Source: an uncultured bacterium (GTDB lineage: Bacteria > UBA8481). Taken from it: a stretch of 64,000 bases of DNA. Both the position numbers and the translations under genes were made by a program. Positions 48,949-58,074 of the stretch are shown here, one piece after another (the stretch's first letter is position 1; each line of letters opens with the position of its first letter). The stretch is taken from assembly GCA_964499705.1 (NCBI GenBank), contig CAZCME010000007.1:1-64000 (forward strand), written 5' to 3'. Below the pieces are notes generated by a model, which did not search any database, was not told the origin of the DNA, and was given only the letters and a program-made list of their open reading frames with translations.

Positions 48949-50466
48949 ATGTTATCACGCTTTCGAAAGATGACGAAGTGGGGAGTCATCGCGGTCATCG
49001 CCGCGTTCATCATCACGATCTTCGCCGATTGGGGCGCGCAGATGACGGGATTCTCCCAGTCGACCTACGCGCTGAAGATCAACGGCGAGGAAGTCTCCTA
49101 CGATGTCGTCGACCGCATCGTCCAGGACAGGGTCCAGAAGGCGGGCGTCCTCACTGATTCCGCCCAGCGGGATCTCTACAGGAACGTCATCGACGAGATC
49201 ATCTACGAGAAGCTGGCCATGCAGGAGGCGAAACGGCTCAGCCTGTCCGCCACGGATGACGAAATCTACAGGCAGACGAGGGACAGGCTCTTCCGAACCG
49301 AGGATGGAACGTTCGACAAGGGCCGTTACGACCGGGCGCGCCGCGACCTCCCGTCAGCCCAGTGGATGCAATATGAGAAGATGATCGGTGACGATATCAC
49401 GCTCACGAAAATTTTCCTCGCGACCACGTCCGCGATCGTATTCACGCCCCAGGAACTCGATGACTACTACAATCTCCGCTACCAGCGGGCGGGCCTCCGG
49501 CACATTCTCATCCGTCCCGGAGACTTCATCCCTGAATACCAGGCCATGGCTTTCTATGAGGCTTTTCCCGACTCCTTCATGATCCCCGAGCGCGTGAAGG
49601 GGCGCCATATTCTCTTCCGGATCCCCCAAAATGCGCAGGCCGACGTCCTGACCGACGCGCGCGCCCGCGCCGAGTTCGCGCTCGTCAGGCTCCAGGGCGG
49701 CGCAAGCTTCGAAAAGCTTTACGCCGACGCCAAGAACGACACTTCCAACATGATTCTCGCGGAGGAACTCGACTGGTTCACCCGAGGGCAGATGGTGCCC
49801 GCCTTCGATTCCGTCGCCTTCTCGTATCCGACGGGCCGCCCCAGTCCGATCATCCAGACGCAATTCGGATTCCACATCGCCTTCTTCGATGCGCATGAAA
49901 TGCCGCATCGCGAGTCGTACGACAAGGTTTCCGAAAGTATCCGCGCCCGCCTTTCCGGCGAGAGTGAACTTCAACAGGCTCGTGCTCATATCGAGGAGAT
50001 TCAGAAGCGGATCCAGGGCGGCGAATCGTTTGAAGCGCTGGCCCGGCAGTTTTCCAGCGGGGCCAGCAAGGCGTCCGGCGGCTGGCTGGGCGACGTCATC
50101 CCGGGCGAGATGACTCCTGAGCTCTATCCGGATACAGGAAGCCTCGAACGAATCGGCAAGGAAGTCGGCGATCTCGGCCAGGGCGGCGAGATCGTGCTGC
50201 ACCCGGCAATCTCGAGGGCGGTTTTCGATCTGGAGGTCGGGAAGACATCCGACATCCTCATGTCCCGGCACGGATACCACATTGTGCGCATCGAGCGGCG
50301 GCGCGGGGGAGATCCTGACCTTCGCGAGCAGTTTCAGACGAAGCTGGAGCGTGAATACCGGGGATTCCTGAAGCAACAGCTCTTCCGCGACTGGCAGGTC
50401 TCCCTGAAGGCGGGCGCGGACATTGAATACAGTGCCTCGGTGGAAAGCAGGATGAAGGGGATATAG
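48949..50466 (+). CDS. SurA/PpiD-like periplasmic parvulin PPIase
   Basis: N-terminal anchor plus SurA_N; RHIL motifs; GQMVPAFD..AF, QFGFHI, GG.LG, HGYHIV. Confidence 0.88.
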   Translation: MLSRFRKMTKWGVIAVIAAFIITIFADWGAQMTGFSQSTYALKINGEEVSYDVVDRIVQDRVQKAGVLTDSAQRDLYRNVIDEIIYEKLAMQEAKRLSLSATDDEIYRQTRDRLFRTEDGTFDKGRYDRARRDLPSAQWMQYEKMIGDDITLTKIFLATTSAIVFTPQELDDYYNLRYQRAGLRHILIRPGDFIPEYQAMAFYEAFPDSFMIPERVKGRHILFRIPQNAQADVLTDARARAEFALVRLQGGASFEKLYADAKNDTSNMILAEELDWFTRGQMVPAFDSVAFSYPTGRPSPIIQTQFGFHIAFFDAHEMPHRESYDKVSESIRARLSGESELQQARAHIEEIQKRIQGGESFEALARQFSSGASKASGGWLGDVIPGEMTPELYPDTGSLERIGKEVGDLGQGGEIVLHPAISRAVFDLEVGKTSDILMSRHGYHIVRIERRRGGDPDLREQFQTKLEREYRGFLKQQLFRDWQVSLKAGADIEYSASVESRMKGI

Positions 50467-50502
50467 GAATAAATCCTAAATCCAAACATGATTTATCCTT
50501 CC

Positions 50503-50538
50503 AACTTCCCCATGTGACTAAACTTCCCCATGTGACTA
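50503..50538. repeat. perfect 18-bp tandem duplication AACTTCCCCATGTGACTA x2
   Basis: Read directly at 50503-50520 and 50521-50538. Confidence 0.85.
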
Positions 50539-50570
50539 AAATAAATGGGGCGGCCCGTTTGGGCCGCCCC
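50537..50570 (-). terminator. intrinsic terminator
   Basis: 10-bp GC stem GGGGCGGCCC/GGGCCGCCCC with a 4-nt loop, followed on the minus strand by ATTTATTTT; lies between convergent genes. Confidence 0.8.
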
Positions 50571-50584
50571 TGTTCAGAATCGCT

Positions 50585-50857
50585 TTACGAGCGGGGAGAA
50601 AGCATCGAGACGATCGAGAGCGACGACGCGATGATGAGCGCGTTCGTCATCGTGATCCCGAAGACAATCCAAGCCAGGATGCCCTTGATTCCGTGAGCGA
50701 GGTTGATGATCAGCTGGGACGGATCCATACCGGCCGTCGAGATCGCGGCATCGAAGATCTTGATCGTGTTCAGCATGAAGGCCACGCCGAGCACGAATCC
50801 AATCAGAATGGCAAGAATCGAACCGCCAAACAGAAACCACCTACGTAACATGGACAT
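50585..50857 (-). CDS. small two-TM membrane protein
   Basis: AAGGAGG RBS; two hydrophobic helices; own promoter and terminator. Confidence 0.7.
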   Translation of the reverse strand: MSMLRRWFLFGGSILAILIGFVLGVAFMLNTIKIFDAAISTAGMDPSQLIINLAHGIKGILAWIVFGITMTNALIIASSLSIVSMLSPRS

Positions 50858-50967
50858 AAAAACTTCCTCCTTTAACCTTTTAGGCCCCCACTTGAAGGCC
50901 CCCGAAATTTCGTTACCCGTCCGTTCCTGCCCTGAGCCGTTCGCTCATCGACGGTGCATTTGAAGGC

Positions 50968-50997
50968 GTAATATGCACGCAACTAAAATAATGTCAA
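50968..50997 (-). promoter_or_regulatory. putative sigma70 promoter
   Basis: Perfect TTGACA (50997-50992) with an upstream A-tract and CATATT/TATTAC 16-18 nt downstream. Confidence 0.5.
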
Positions 50998-51060
50998 TGA
51001 TTTTTTTGGAGGAAGCCGATCCGTCACAGTCTGCAGGAAAATCGAAATATCCGCACAATT

Positions 51061-52275
51061 CTATTTCACGGCTGCGTTGAACTCGAATATCGGCAGGAGA
51101 ACGGCCAGCACGATCCCCCCCACGAGCGTCCCCATCACGATGAGCATCAGGGGTTCGAGAAGATCGGCGAACCGCTCCGCGCTGGCCTCCACTTCCGACT
51201 CCCACCCGGCCGCCATTTCCGTCATGAGCTGCGGCAGGGCGCCGGAACTCTCCCCGATGGTCACCGCTTCCACCGCCAAGGCGGGAAAGACGCCGGTCTC
51301 CTGGAGCGCCCTGGCCAGTTGAACGCCCTGGGCGACGCGGGGACGGGCGGCCATGGAGGCCTGATGGTAACGGACGGAACCGGAGGCTTTGCCCGCGATT
51401 TCCATCGCCGCAAGGATATCGACCCCATTCGTGAGAAGCGACCCGAAGCTCCTCGACCACCGCGCGACCGAAGCCTTGGAGAGAATCTTCCCGATCATCG
51501 GCAGAGCATAAAGCAGGTCCTCCAGCCGGCGCCGGCCCCTCTGGGAATTCATCACGCGCCGGCCGAGAAACGCGAGAAGGACGATACCGGCGATTCCCGG
51601 CCAGAAACCCGTCTGAATGAGATCGGACACGACGAAGAGAATGCGGGTGGGAAGAGGAAGCACCATTCGTGTGCCCTCGAAGAGCTTCGTGATCGTCGGA
51701 ACGACGTAGATGAAGAGGAAGCAGACCACCCCGACGGCGATGAGCGCCACCATGAGAGGATAGAAGAGCGCTCCCCGAAGGCGCCGTCGAAAGATCAGGC
51801 GCTTCTCCAGCAACTCGGAGTAATTAAGAAGCACTGCGGCGAGGTCCCCCGATACTTCGCCCGCCTCGATCATCGCCACGAGCTCCGATCCGCCGGATGA
51901 AACGCCGTCGCCGCCGCGTCCTCCCATCGCGCGCGAGAGGGCGTCGGAGAGTTTCAGGCCGCGGCTGACTCCCTCGTTGATCGCAGTCAACACGGTCGCC
52001 ATCGATCGGTCGGAAGCGGATGAAGCGAGCGCGGTAAGCGCCTTGTCCATGGGAAATCCGGCGCGCAGCAGGACACCGAGCTGGCGCGTGAAGGCCGCCA
52101 TCCATCCGAGGCTCGCGGATCGCGGCCGGGCATCGGCCTTTTCACGCAAGCTGACGGGTGTGACTCCTGATTCCCGGAGCAGAGTCCGGGCATGGCGTTC
52201 ATTCTCCGCGACGATTTCTCCCACGACGGATTTACCGCCCTGCGCGGAGATCGCCTTGTAGGCGTAGATCGGCAT
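51061..52275 (-). CDS. gspF: type II secretion system inner-membrane platform protein F
   Basis: MPIYAYKA, FTRQL..LL.AG, AGE.SG.L, L.YP, IGE.SG.L, LLEP, LLPIF. Confidence 0.92.
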   Translation of the reverse strand: MPIYAYKAISAQGGKSVVGEIVAENERHARTLLRESGVTPVSLREKADARPRSASLGWMAAFTRQLGVLLRAGFPMDKALTALASSASDRSMATVLTAINEGVSRGLKLSDALSRAMGGRGGDGVSSGGSELVAMIEAGEVSGDLAAVLLNYSELLEKRLIFRRRLRGALFYPLMVALIAVGVVCFLFIYVVPTITKLFEGTRMVLPLPTRILFVVSDLIQTGFWPGIAGIVLLAFLGRRVMNSQRGRRRLEDLLYALPMIGKILSKASVARWSRSFGSLLTNGVDILAAMEIAGKASGSVRYHQASMAARPRVAQGVQLARALQETGVFPALAVEAVTIGESSGALPQLMTEMAAGWESEVEASAERFADLLEPLMLIVMGTLVGGIVLAVLLPIFEFNAAVK

Positions 52276-53762
52276 CAGGGAGAGGATTTTTCTTCGCCGG
52301 CGCTCGCATCCGTCACACGGATGATCTCGGAGGGAGTCGTGAGCCCGCGCAGGACCTTGTCGCGGCCGTCTTCCTTGATGGTCTTCATTCCCTTCTTCCG
52401 CGCCGCGCGGAGAATCTCGCCGGAGGCGCGGCGCGCGAGGATCATATCCTTCACATCGTCATCGACGAGCATCAGCTCGAAAAGGCCGAGCCTTCCCTTG
52501 AAGCCGACGCCCTCGCATGTCTCGCAACCGGCCGCGCGATACACGTGCGTGTCCTCCGGCAGATCGAGCGCGCGCGCGTCGGACCTGTCAACCTGGACAG
52601 GTTGACGGCAATTCATGCAGAGCTTCCGGACAAGCCGCTGCCCCATCACGCCGCGCATGGTGGACGAGAGCAGGTAGGATTCGATGCCCATATCCTGGAG
52701 CCGGGGCGGCGCCGACGCCGCGTCGTTCGTGTGCAAGGTCGAGAGGACAAGATGGCCCGTCAGAGCCGCCTGGACAGCGATGACGGCCGTTTCGCTGTCG
52801 CGGATCTCCCCTACCATGATGATATCGGGATCCTGGCGCAACAGCGACCGGAGACCGGACGCGAAGGTGAGGTTGATCCGCGGGTTCACCTGGACCTGCC
52901 CGATTCCCTGCAGTTGATACTCCACCGGATCCTCCACGGTGAGAATATTCACGCGACCCGATTTCAACGTTTCGAGCGCCGCATAGAGCGACGTCGTCTT
53001 CCCCGAGCCGGTCGGACCCGTCACGAGAATGATCCCGTGCGGTTGTCCCAGGAGTTCCTGCCAGCGCGTCAGGGTCTCGCCGTCAAGACCGAGATCGGTC
53101 ATGCCGTACCGCACGGAGCTGCGATCGAGAAGCCGGAGAACGACGCGCTCGCCGAGCGGAGTGGGAATCGTGGAGACGCGGAGGTCGATCTCCCGACCGC
53201 CCATCGCGAGCGCGATCCGGCCGTCCTGCGGCAGTCGCGTCTGGGCAATATCGAGTCTCCCGAGTATCTTGATGCGCGAGACGACGCCGGGATGAAGTCC
53301 GCGCGGCAGCCGGTCCTGCTCGGAGAGGACGCCGTCGATCCGGAACCGGATCACGCTCTCGTCTTCGTACGGCTCGATGTGCACATCCGACGCGCGCTTC
53401 TCCGCCGCCTTCTGAAGAAACGATCCCACGAGCCGGACGACCGGGGCATCGTTCGCCAGTTCCTCCAGCTCCCGCACGTCCGCTCCGTCGCGTTCGAGTT
53501 CCTCGATCGCATCCTGCCGCCCGGACCCGGTGTCGTATTTCTCCATGACGAACCGCCGGACATCCTTCGCCTCCGCTTCGACAAACGAAACGTCGCGATC
53601 GAGAAGCATTCCGATTTCCATGGCCGCGGCCCGCGCATCCGAGGAACCGAACACGATCACCTTTCCATCTTCATCCCGAAGAGGCGCGATGGCATACGTG
53701 AGGAGAAATTCCTTGGGCCAGGATGTGAGGACGCGGGGATCGAATCGCTCGCGGTGGATCAC
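52275..53762 (-). CDS. gspE: type II secretion system ATPase E
   Basis: ASDVHIEP, RLPQDG, GPTGSGKTT, TVEDPVE, LRQDPDIIMVGEIRD, STLHTN, tetracysteine motif. Confidence 0.95.
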   Translation of the reverse strand: MIHRERFDPRVLTSWPKEFLLTYAIAPLRDEDGKVIVFGSSDARAAAMEIGMLLDRDVSFVEAEAKDVRRFVMEKYDTGSGRQDAIEELERDGADVRELEELANDAPVVRLVGSFLQKAAEKRASDVHIEPYEDESVIRFRIDGVLSEQDRLPRGLHPGVVSRIKILGRLDIAQTRLPQDGRIALAMGGREIDLRVSTIPTPLGERVVLRLLDRSSVRYGMTDLGLDGETLTRWQELLGQPHGIILVTGPTGSGKTTSLYAALETLKSGRVNILTVEDPVEYQLQGIGQVQVNPRINLTFASGLRSLLRQDPDIIMVGEIRDSETAVIAVQAALTGHLVLSTLHTNDAASAPPRLQDMGIESYLLSSTMRGVMGQRLVRKLCMNCRQPVQVDRSDARALDLPEDTHVYRAAGCETCEGVGFKGRLGLFELMLVDDDVKDMILARRASGEILRAARKKGMKTIKEDGRDKVLRGLTTPSEIIRVTDASAGEEKSSP

Positions 53763-53770
53763 GAGTTTTC

Positions 53771-53896
53771 TTCACCACGAAGACACAAAGACACAAATAA
53801 TATTTCATATGATCGGATCATCGGCGAGGACGATTTCATCACCATCATGGATACCAAATATTTATTTTCTTGGTGACTTCGTGTCTTCGTGGTGAA
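53771..53896. repeat. REP/MITE-like inverted repeat between gspD and gspE
   Basis: TTCACCACGAAGACAC (53771-53786) is the reverse complement of 53881-53896; imperfect inward extension; AT-rich core. Confidence 0.8.
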
Positions 53897-53903
53897 TTCC
53901 ACT

Positions 53904-56576
53904 TCACCGCGGTATCCACTTGTCCGTCTCGCTGGAACTGTCGCCGGGGCGGATCCGCGATTCGATCTCGTACTGCAGCCGCTCCTCTTCCGTGATCTCG
54001 CGCGCCTCCGTCGGATCGGTCACGACCCGCGGACGGACGAAGATCAGGAGGACGGTCTTCGACTCGGACGATCTCGTGGACTTGAAGAGCGTGCCGAGGA
54101 TCGGAATGCGCGCGAGCCAGGGGGTTTCATTCTGCGTGAAGTCGTCCTGCGTCCGCAGGAGCCCGCCGAGGACGATATAGTCGCCGTCGGCGATCTGGAA
54201 CTTCTGCTCGATCTCCCGCGTCGTGAAGACAGGCAGGGACAGGCCCGCTTCCGCGCCGGTGTTGCGGTTCTGGATCTCCATCCGCGATTCGATCAGGATG
54301 TCCCCCTTTTCGCCGATGTGGGGCTTGATCCTCAGGTTGAGGCCGATGTTCCTGTACTCCACGTTCTGGAAGATGGAACTGCTGCCGGCGATCTGGACGT
54401 TGTCCGCGCTCACGGCGCGCGACGTCACGACGGGCGTCAGGTTGCCGACCCGGAGAGTCGCGACTTCATTGTCCAGCGCAAGAATCTGCGGCATCTGGAG
54501 GACATTCGTCTTCGACGAGGTGAGGAGCGCGTTCAGCATCGCAGCGACGATGGAGCCGCGGACGGCGCCGATCGTCAAGCCTCCCTGGGCCGCCAGGGCC
54601 TGGTAAGTCGGCAGGAATCCCACGGGATCGGACCTCACAAAGCCCCGCGTATGCCCCTCCAGCGGCTGATCCGCCGTCACGAGGCTCGCGCCGATCGCGC
54701 GGGCCTCGTCAAGATTCGTCTCCAGGATGACGCCGTCGATCAGAACCTGCGCCTTCCTGATGTCGAGTTCCTTGATCACCCGCTCCAGCTTCGGCCAGTC
54801 CACGGAGGCCGCGGTCACGAGAAGGGAATTCGTTCGCTCGTCGGAGGAGATCGTGACCTTGTCGGCAAGGCCAGGACCGCCGGCGTCGGCCGCGACTCCG
54901 CCCGGCGACGCGCCTGTCGCTCCGCCCGTGGCGAAGATTTTGGAGAGCATCTCCGCGAGCTCCTTGGAGGACGCGTTCTGCAGGCGGATGATGTGGATCG
55001 TGCGGAGCGAGTCCGACGGAGCGCGGTCGATGGAAACCACGAAGGAATCGACGAGGTCGACGACCCGGGGCGCGAACGTCGCGAGCGAGATCGCGTTCAG
55101 GCGCGGATCGGCGAGGATGACCGTCTGCAGGACGCCGCCGATGTCGGGGGCCTGGTCGAGAGCGTCCAGGCCGAGGAGGCTCTTCAACTGCTTCACGGCA
55201 TCATCGGCCTTGGCGAACGTAAGGTTGTAGACCTTGACGATCCGTTCCGACGCGCGATCGGAGTCGAGCTCGTAAATGAGCCGACGAGCCTGATCGTGCA
55301 GCACATCGTCCGTCAGGACGTAGATCATGTTCGTCCGCTCGTCGACGACGACCTTGAAGGGCGGAGCCGAGCCGCCGGGGAGCGAGAGGCCCGCGATGAT
55401 GCCGTTCAGTTTCTCCGCGATGACCGCCGCGCGCGCGTGCTGGATCCGGTAGGACCGGACGGACGCGGGCGTGCGCTCCGTGTCGATGATCCGCAGGAGC
55501 TCCGCGATCCGGGCGATGTTGCCGCCGGGGCCCGTCACGATCATCGTGTTCGTCTCCACGTTCACGACGATCTGGTCGGTCGGCTGGAGGAGCGGACGGA
55601 GGATCTGCTGCGCGGAGCCGGCCGTCACGGAACGGAGCCGGAAGATGCGCATCACGATCCGGTCCGTCGGAACGGAAGCGTCATCGTCGAGGACGATGGG
55701 AAGTTCCGACTGGACCGCGGTCTGGCGGGAGATGATCTTGACGACATTGCCCGATTCGACCGCCGCGAAACCTTTCACCTCGAGTATGGAAAGGAAAATC
55801 CTGTAGACGTCATTGAAGGGAATCGGCTTTCCGGAATAGACCGTGATCTCCCCGGCGATGTCGTCGTCGATGATGAAATTCTTGCCCGTCACCTGCGAGA
55901 CCCACTGGATGAAGGTCCGCAGCGGCGCCTTCTCGAACTGCATCGTGACGGAATTGGCTCCGCGCGGCCGCATCGGAGCGGTGTCGGCGATGTTGGTCTC
56001 CGGAGGCATCCGCATCGGACCCGCGTCCGCGGATTCGCCGCGGAGAATCGTGACGCCGACGGAATCGGCGAGCGTCTCCAGGTCCGTCGCGGAGCCTCCT
56101 AATTCCTTCATCTTGTCCGCGATCGCATTGCGGAAATCGCCGCGCGGATAAAGGTCGTATCCCGTCGTATAAAGCTCAAGCGCCCGCGCGTTATCCTTCA
56201 GGTGATACTGCGCGAGATATCCGCCGTAATACATCGCGTCATCGCCGAGATTGGATCCGGGAAAAAGCCGGACAAGCCGTTGAAATTCCGCGATGGCTTC
56301 TTCGTGCTTCTTCATCTTCGAAAAGAGAATGAGCCCCTTCTGGAAGAGCGCGTCATCGGCCTTCGGTCCCGACTCCGCGGCGACGGAATCGAGGAGCGAA
56401 AGCGCTTCCGCGAACTTCCCGTCGCGCGCGAGACGCTTGGCCTGCTCCACGCGCCCGTCCTGTCCGGCGGGCGCGGCCGTGGAAGCCGGCGCCGCGGGAG
56501 CCTGGGCCGCGCTCTGACCCGCCTGCGGAAGAAGGAGCGCGAGGGCGAACGCGAGCGTGATGAAGAAGCGACGCAT
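53904..56576 (-). CDS. gspD: type II secretion system secretin D with N-terminal TPR extension
   Basis: N0 domain (FI..VS..TGKNFI), three N repeats (TN...V), QV.I...I.E, PQILALDN, PWL..IP.LG.LF; TPRs before N0. Confidence 0.92.
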   Translation of the reverse strand: MRRFFITLAFALALLLPQAGQSAAQAPAAPASTAAPAGQDGRVEQAKRLARDGKFAEALSLLDSVAAESGPKADDALFQKGLILFSKMKKHEEAIAEFQRLVRLFPGSNLGDDAMYYGGYLAQYHLKDNARALELYTTGYDLYPRGDFRNAIADKMKELGGSATDLETLADSVGVTILRGESADAGPMRMPPETNIADTAPMRPRGANSVTMQFEKAPLRTFIQWVSQVTGKNFIIDDDIAGEITVYSGKPIPFNDVYRIFLSILEVKGFAAVESGNVVKIISRQTAVQSELPIVLDDDASVPTDRIVMRIFRLRSVTAGSAQQILRPLLQPTDQIVVNVETNTMIVTGPGGNIARIAELLRIIDTERTPASVRSYRIQHARAAVIAEKLNGIIAGLSLPGGSAPPFKVVVDERTNMIYVLTDDVLHDQARRLIYELDSDRASERIVKVYNLTFAKADDAVKQLKSLLGLDALDQAPDIGGVLQTVILADPRLNAISLATFAPRVVDLVDSFVVSIDRAPSDSLRTIHIIRLQNASSKELAEMLSKIFATGGATGASPGGVAADAGGPGLADKVTISSDERTNSLLVTAASVDWPKLERVIKELDIRKAQVLIDGVILETNLDEARAIGASLVTADQPLEGHTRGFVRSDPVGFLPTYQALAAQGGLTIGAVRGSIVAAMLNALLTSSKTNVLQMPQILALDNEVATLRVGNLTPVVTSRAVSADNVQIAGSSSIFQNVEYRNIGLNLRIKPHIGEKGDILIESRMEIQNRNTGAEAGLSLPVFTTREIEQKFQIADGDYIVLGGLLRTQDDFTQNETPWLARIPILGTLFKSTRSSESKTVLLIFVRPRVVTDPTEAREITEEERLQYEIESRIRPGDSSSETDKWIPR

Positions 56577-57410
56577 TATTTTCTCATCACGTAGGTCAAA
56601 ACCTGATCCTTCCCGTCGCGCTCGAACAGGATGTAGATCTCCTGGGCTTTCTTGGTCTGCTCCCACACCTGCGCGCTCCGCTCGAGCGAATCGAGCATCT
56701 GCCCGTTGATGGCCTTGATGACGTCATTGGGCAGGATTCCCATCTTCCGCACGATCGAGTTCTCCGCGACGACCGTCACCTTGAATCCGACGATCCGGCC
56801 GCCGCGCACCTCCGGAACGATCTTCGACTGCCCGATCAATTCCTCCGGCGACCGCACGGAGGCATTGACTTCGGCGCGGGAAATGTTCATCGCGGAGGNN
56901 NNNNNNNNTGGGCGAGCCGGCCGGGCCGGGCGGAGCCGAAGCCTCGACGAGCTGCGGCTGCGCTTCGGGCGGAACACCGAGCTCGAGACTGCGCGTTCCA
57001 TAGGTGCCCCGGATGACGACGGCGTTCGGCTCGATCCGCAGGATCTTCTCCGCGTTGGAGAAGACCTTCATGCCGGGCCGGAAAAGCGCGATGGAGTCCG
57101 CTCCCGCCGCCATGTTCCTGATCATCGCGGTCGGCTTGGGACCGCCCGCGAAGATGCCGAGAAGCATGAGTTTCCCGGGAGGATCTGTCGGAGCCGTCTG
57201 CGCCGCGACTTTTTCCTCCATGGTCGCCCCGAAAATATTCGCCGCCGGATCGAACGACCGGGCCGGCGAGGAGATCGGTTCGATCGCGGTCGCCGCGCCC
57301 ACGCGCTTGAATTGAGCGGAAGAAAGGCGATACGCGATGACCGCGCTCGTCAGGAGCGCGAGAGACGCCGCAAAGGCGGAAACGGAGAGATGAGGGACGT
57401 ACTTGCGCAT
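56576..57410 (-). CDS. gspC: type II secretion system protein C (HR + PDZ), interrupted by an assembly gap
   Basis: TM helix plus L.LLGI...A.I (HR domain) before the N-run; GF.V......KMG...NDVI.AING PDZ after it; TAATG overlap with gspD. Confidence 0.8.
56899..56908. other. assembly gap (10 N)
   Basis: Literal N-run. Confidence 0.99.
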
Positions 57411-57497
57411 CGAATCGGTAGGATAGACCAAGACCCCGCAAATGAAAAGAGACGAGGCAACTTGCGGATTTCGGGATTCAAATACCGAATTGGACTA

Positions 57498-57506
57498 TGC
57501 TATAAT
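57498..57506 (+). promoter_or_regulatory. extended -10 element of a probably leaderless gene
   Basis: TGCTATAAT 6 nt before ATG 57513; no Shine-Dalgarno. Confidence 0.7.
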
Positions 57507-57512
57507 CCGCCC

Positions 57513-58064
57513 ATGGGATTGCCGCTCAAGAAGAACCGCCGCTACACCTACGACGATTACGCGAAGTGGCCGGACGATTTCCGGTGCGAGCTGATCGACG
57601 GCAGGGTCTACGACATGACTCCCGCGCCGAGCACAATGCACCAATTGTGCGCCGGACGGCTTCACGCAATTCTTTACTTCAAGATGAAGGGCCACCCCTG
57701 CCAGGTCTTCATCGCGGCTACGGATGTTGTTCTGTCGAAATACGACGTCGTCCAGCCCGACGTCTTCGTCGTCTTCGATCGAACAAAGATCACCGCCAAA
57801 AATATCCAGGGCGCTCCGGACGTCGTCATCGAATTTTTCTCGCCCTCGACCACATTGAAGGACATGCGCGAAAAAAAGCGGCTGTACGAGAAGCACGGCG
57901 TCCGGGAATATTTTCTAGTCCACCCGATCGATCGCTACGCGATGCGATATGTACTCCGCAACGGCAAATATGGCGAACCGGATCTCCTGAGCGAGAAGGA
58001 AAAGATCATCTTCGAGACACTGAAAAAGGTGGAGATCCCCCTGGCGGATGTGTTCGACGAGTAA
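57513..58064 (+). CDS. Uma2 (DUF820) family PD-(D/E)XK endonuclease-like protein
   Basis: YTYDDY..W.....ELIDG, P.P...HQ, VQPD, GAPD.VIE..SPST...D...K..LY...GV.EY. Confidence 0.92.
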   Translation: MGLPLKKNRRYTYDDYAKWPDDFRCELIDGRVYDMTPAPSTMHQLCAGRLHAILYFKMKGHPCQVFIAATDVVLSKYDVVQPDVFVVFDRTKITAKNIQGAPDVVIEFFSPSTTLKDMREKKRLYEKHGVREYFLVHPIDRYAMRYVLRNGKYGEPDLLSEKEKIIFETLKKVEIPLADVFDE

Positions 58065-58074
58065 CAGCTCGTCC

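Noticed and set aside
50503-50538. Possible CRISPR repeat
   Set aside because: Only two abutting 18-bp copies, with no spacers and no cas genes.
50880-50935. Resemblance to a c-di-GMP-I riboswitch (AGGGCA...GAAA...GGCCTAAA)
   Set aside because: It lacks the GCAAA/GACGCAAA core and the expected pairing, so the call is not supportable.
56576-57431. Apparent frameshift splitting gspC
   Set aside because: The frame change falls exactly on the 10-N scaffold gap, so it is an assembly artefact and not evidence of a pseudogene or programmed frameshift.
56652-58064. 470-aa ORF suggesting an N-terminally extended Uma2 protein
   Set aside because: The extension is antisense to gspC and crosses the gap. 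The Uma2 domain begins at ATG 57513, just after a TGnTATAAT box.
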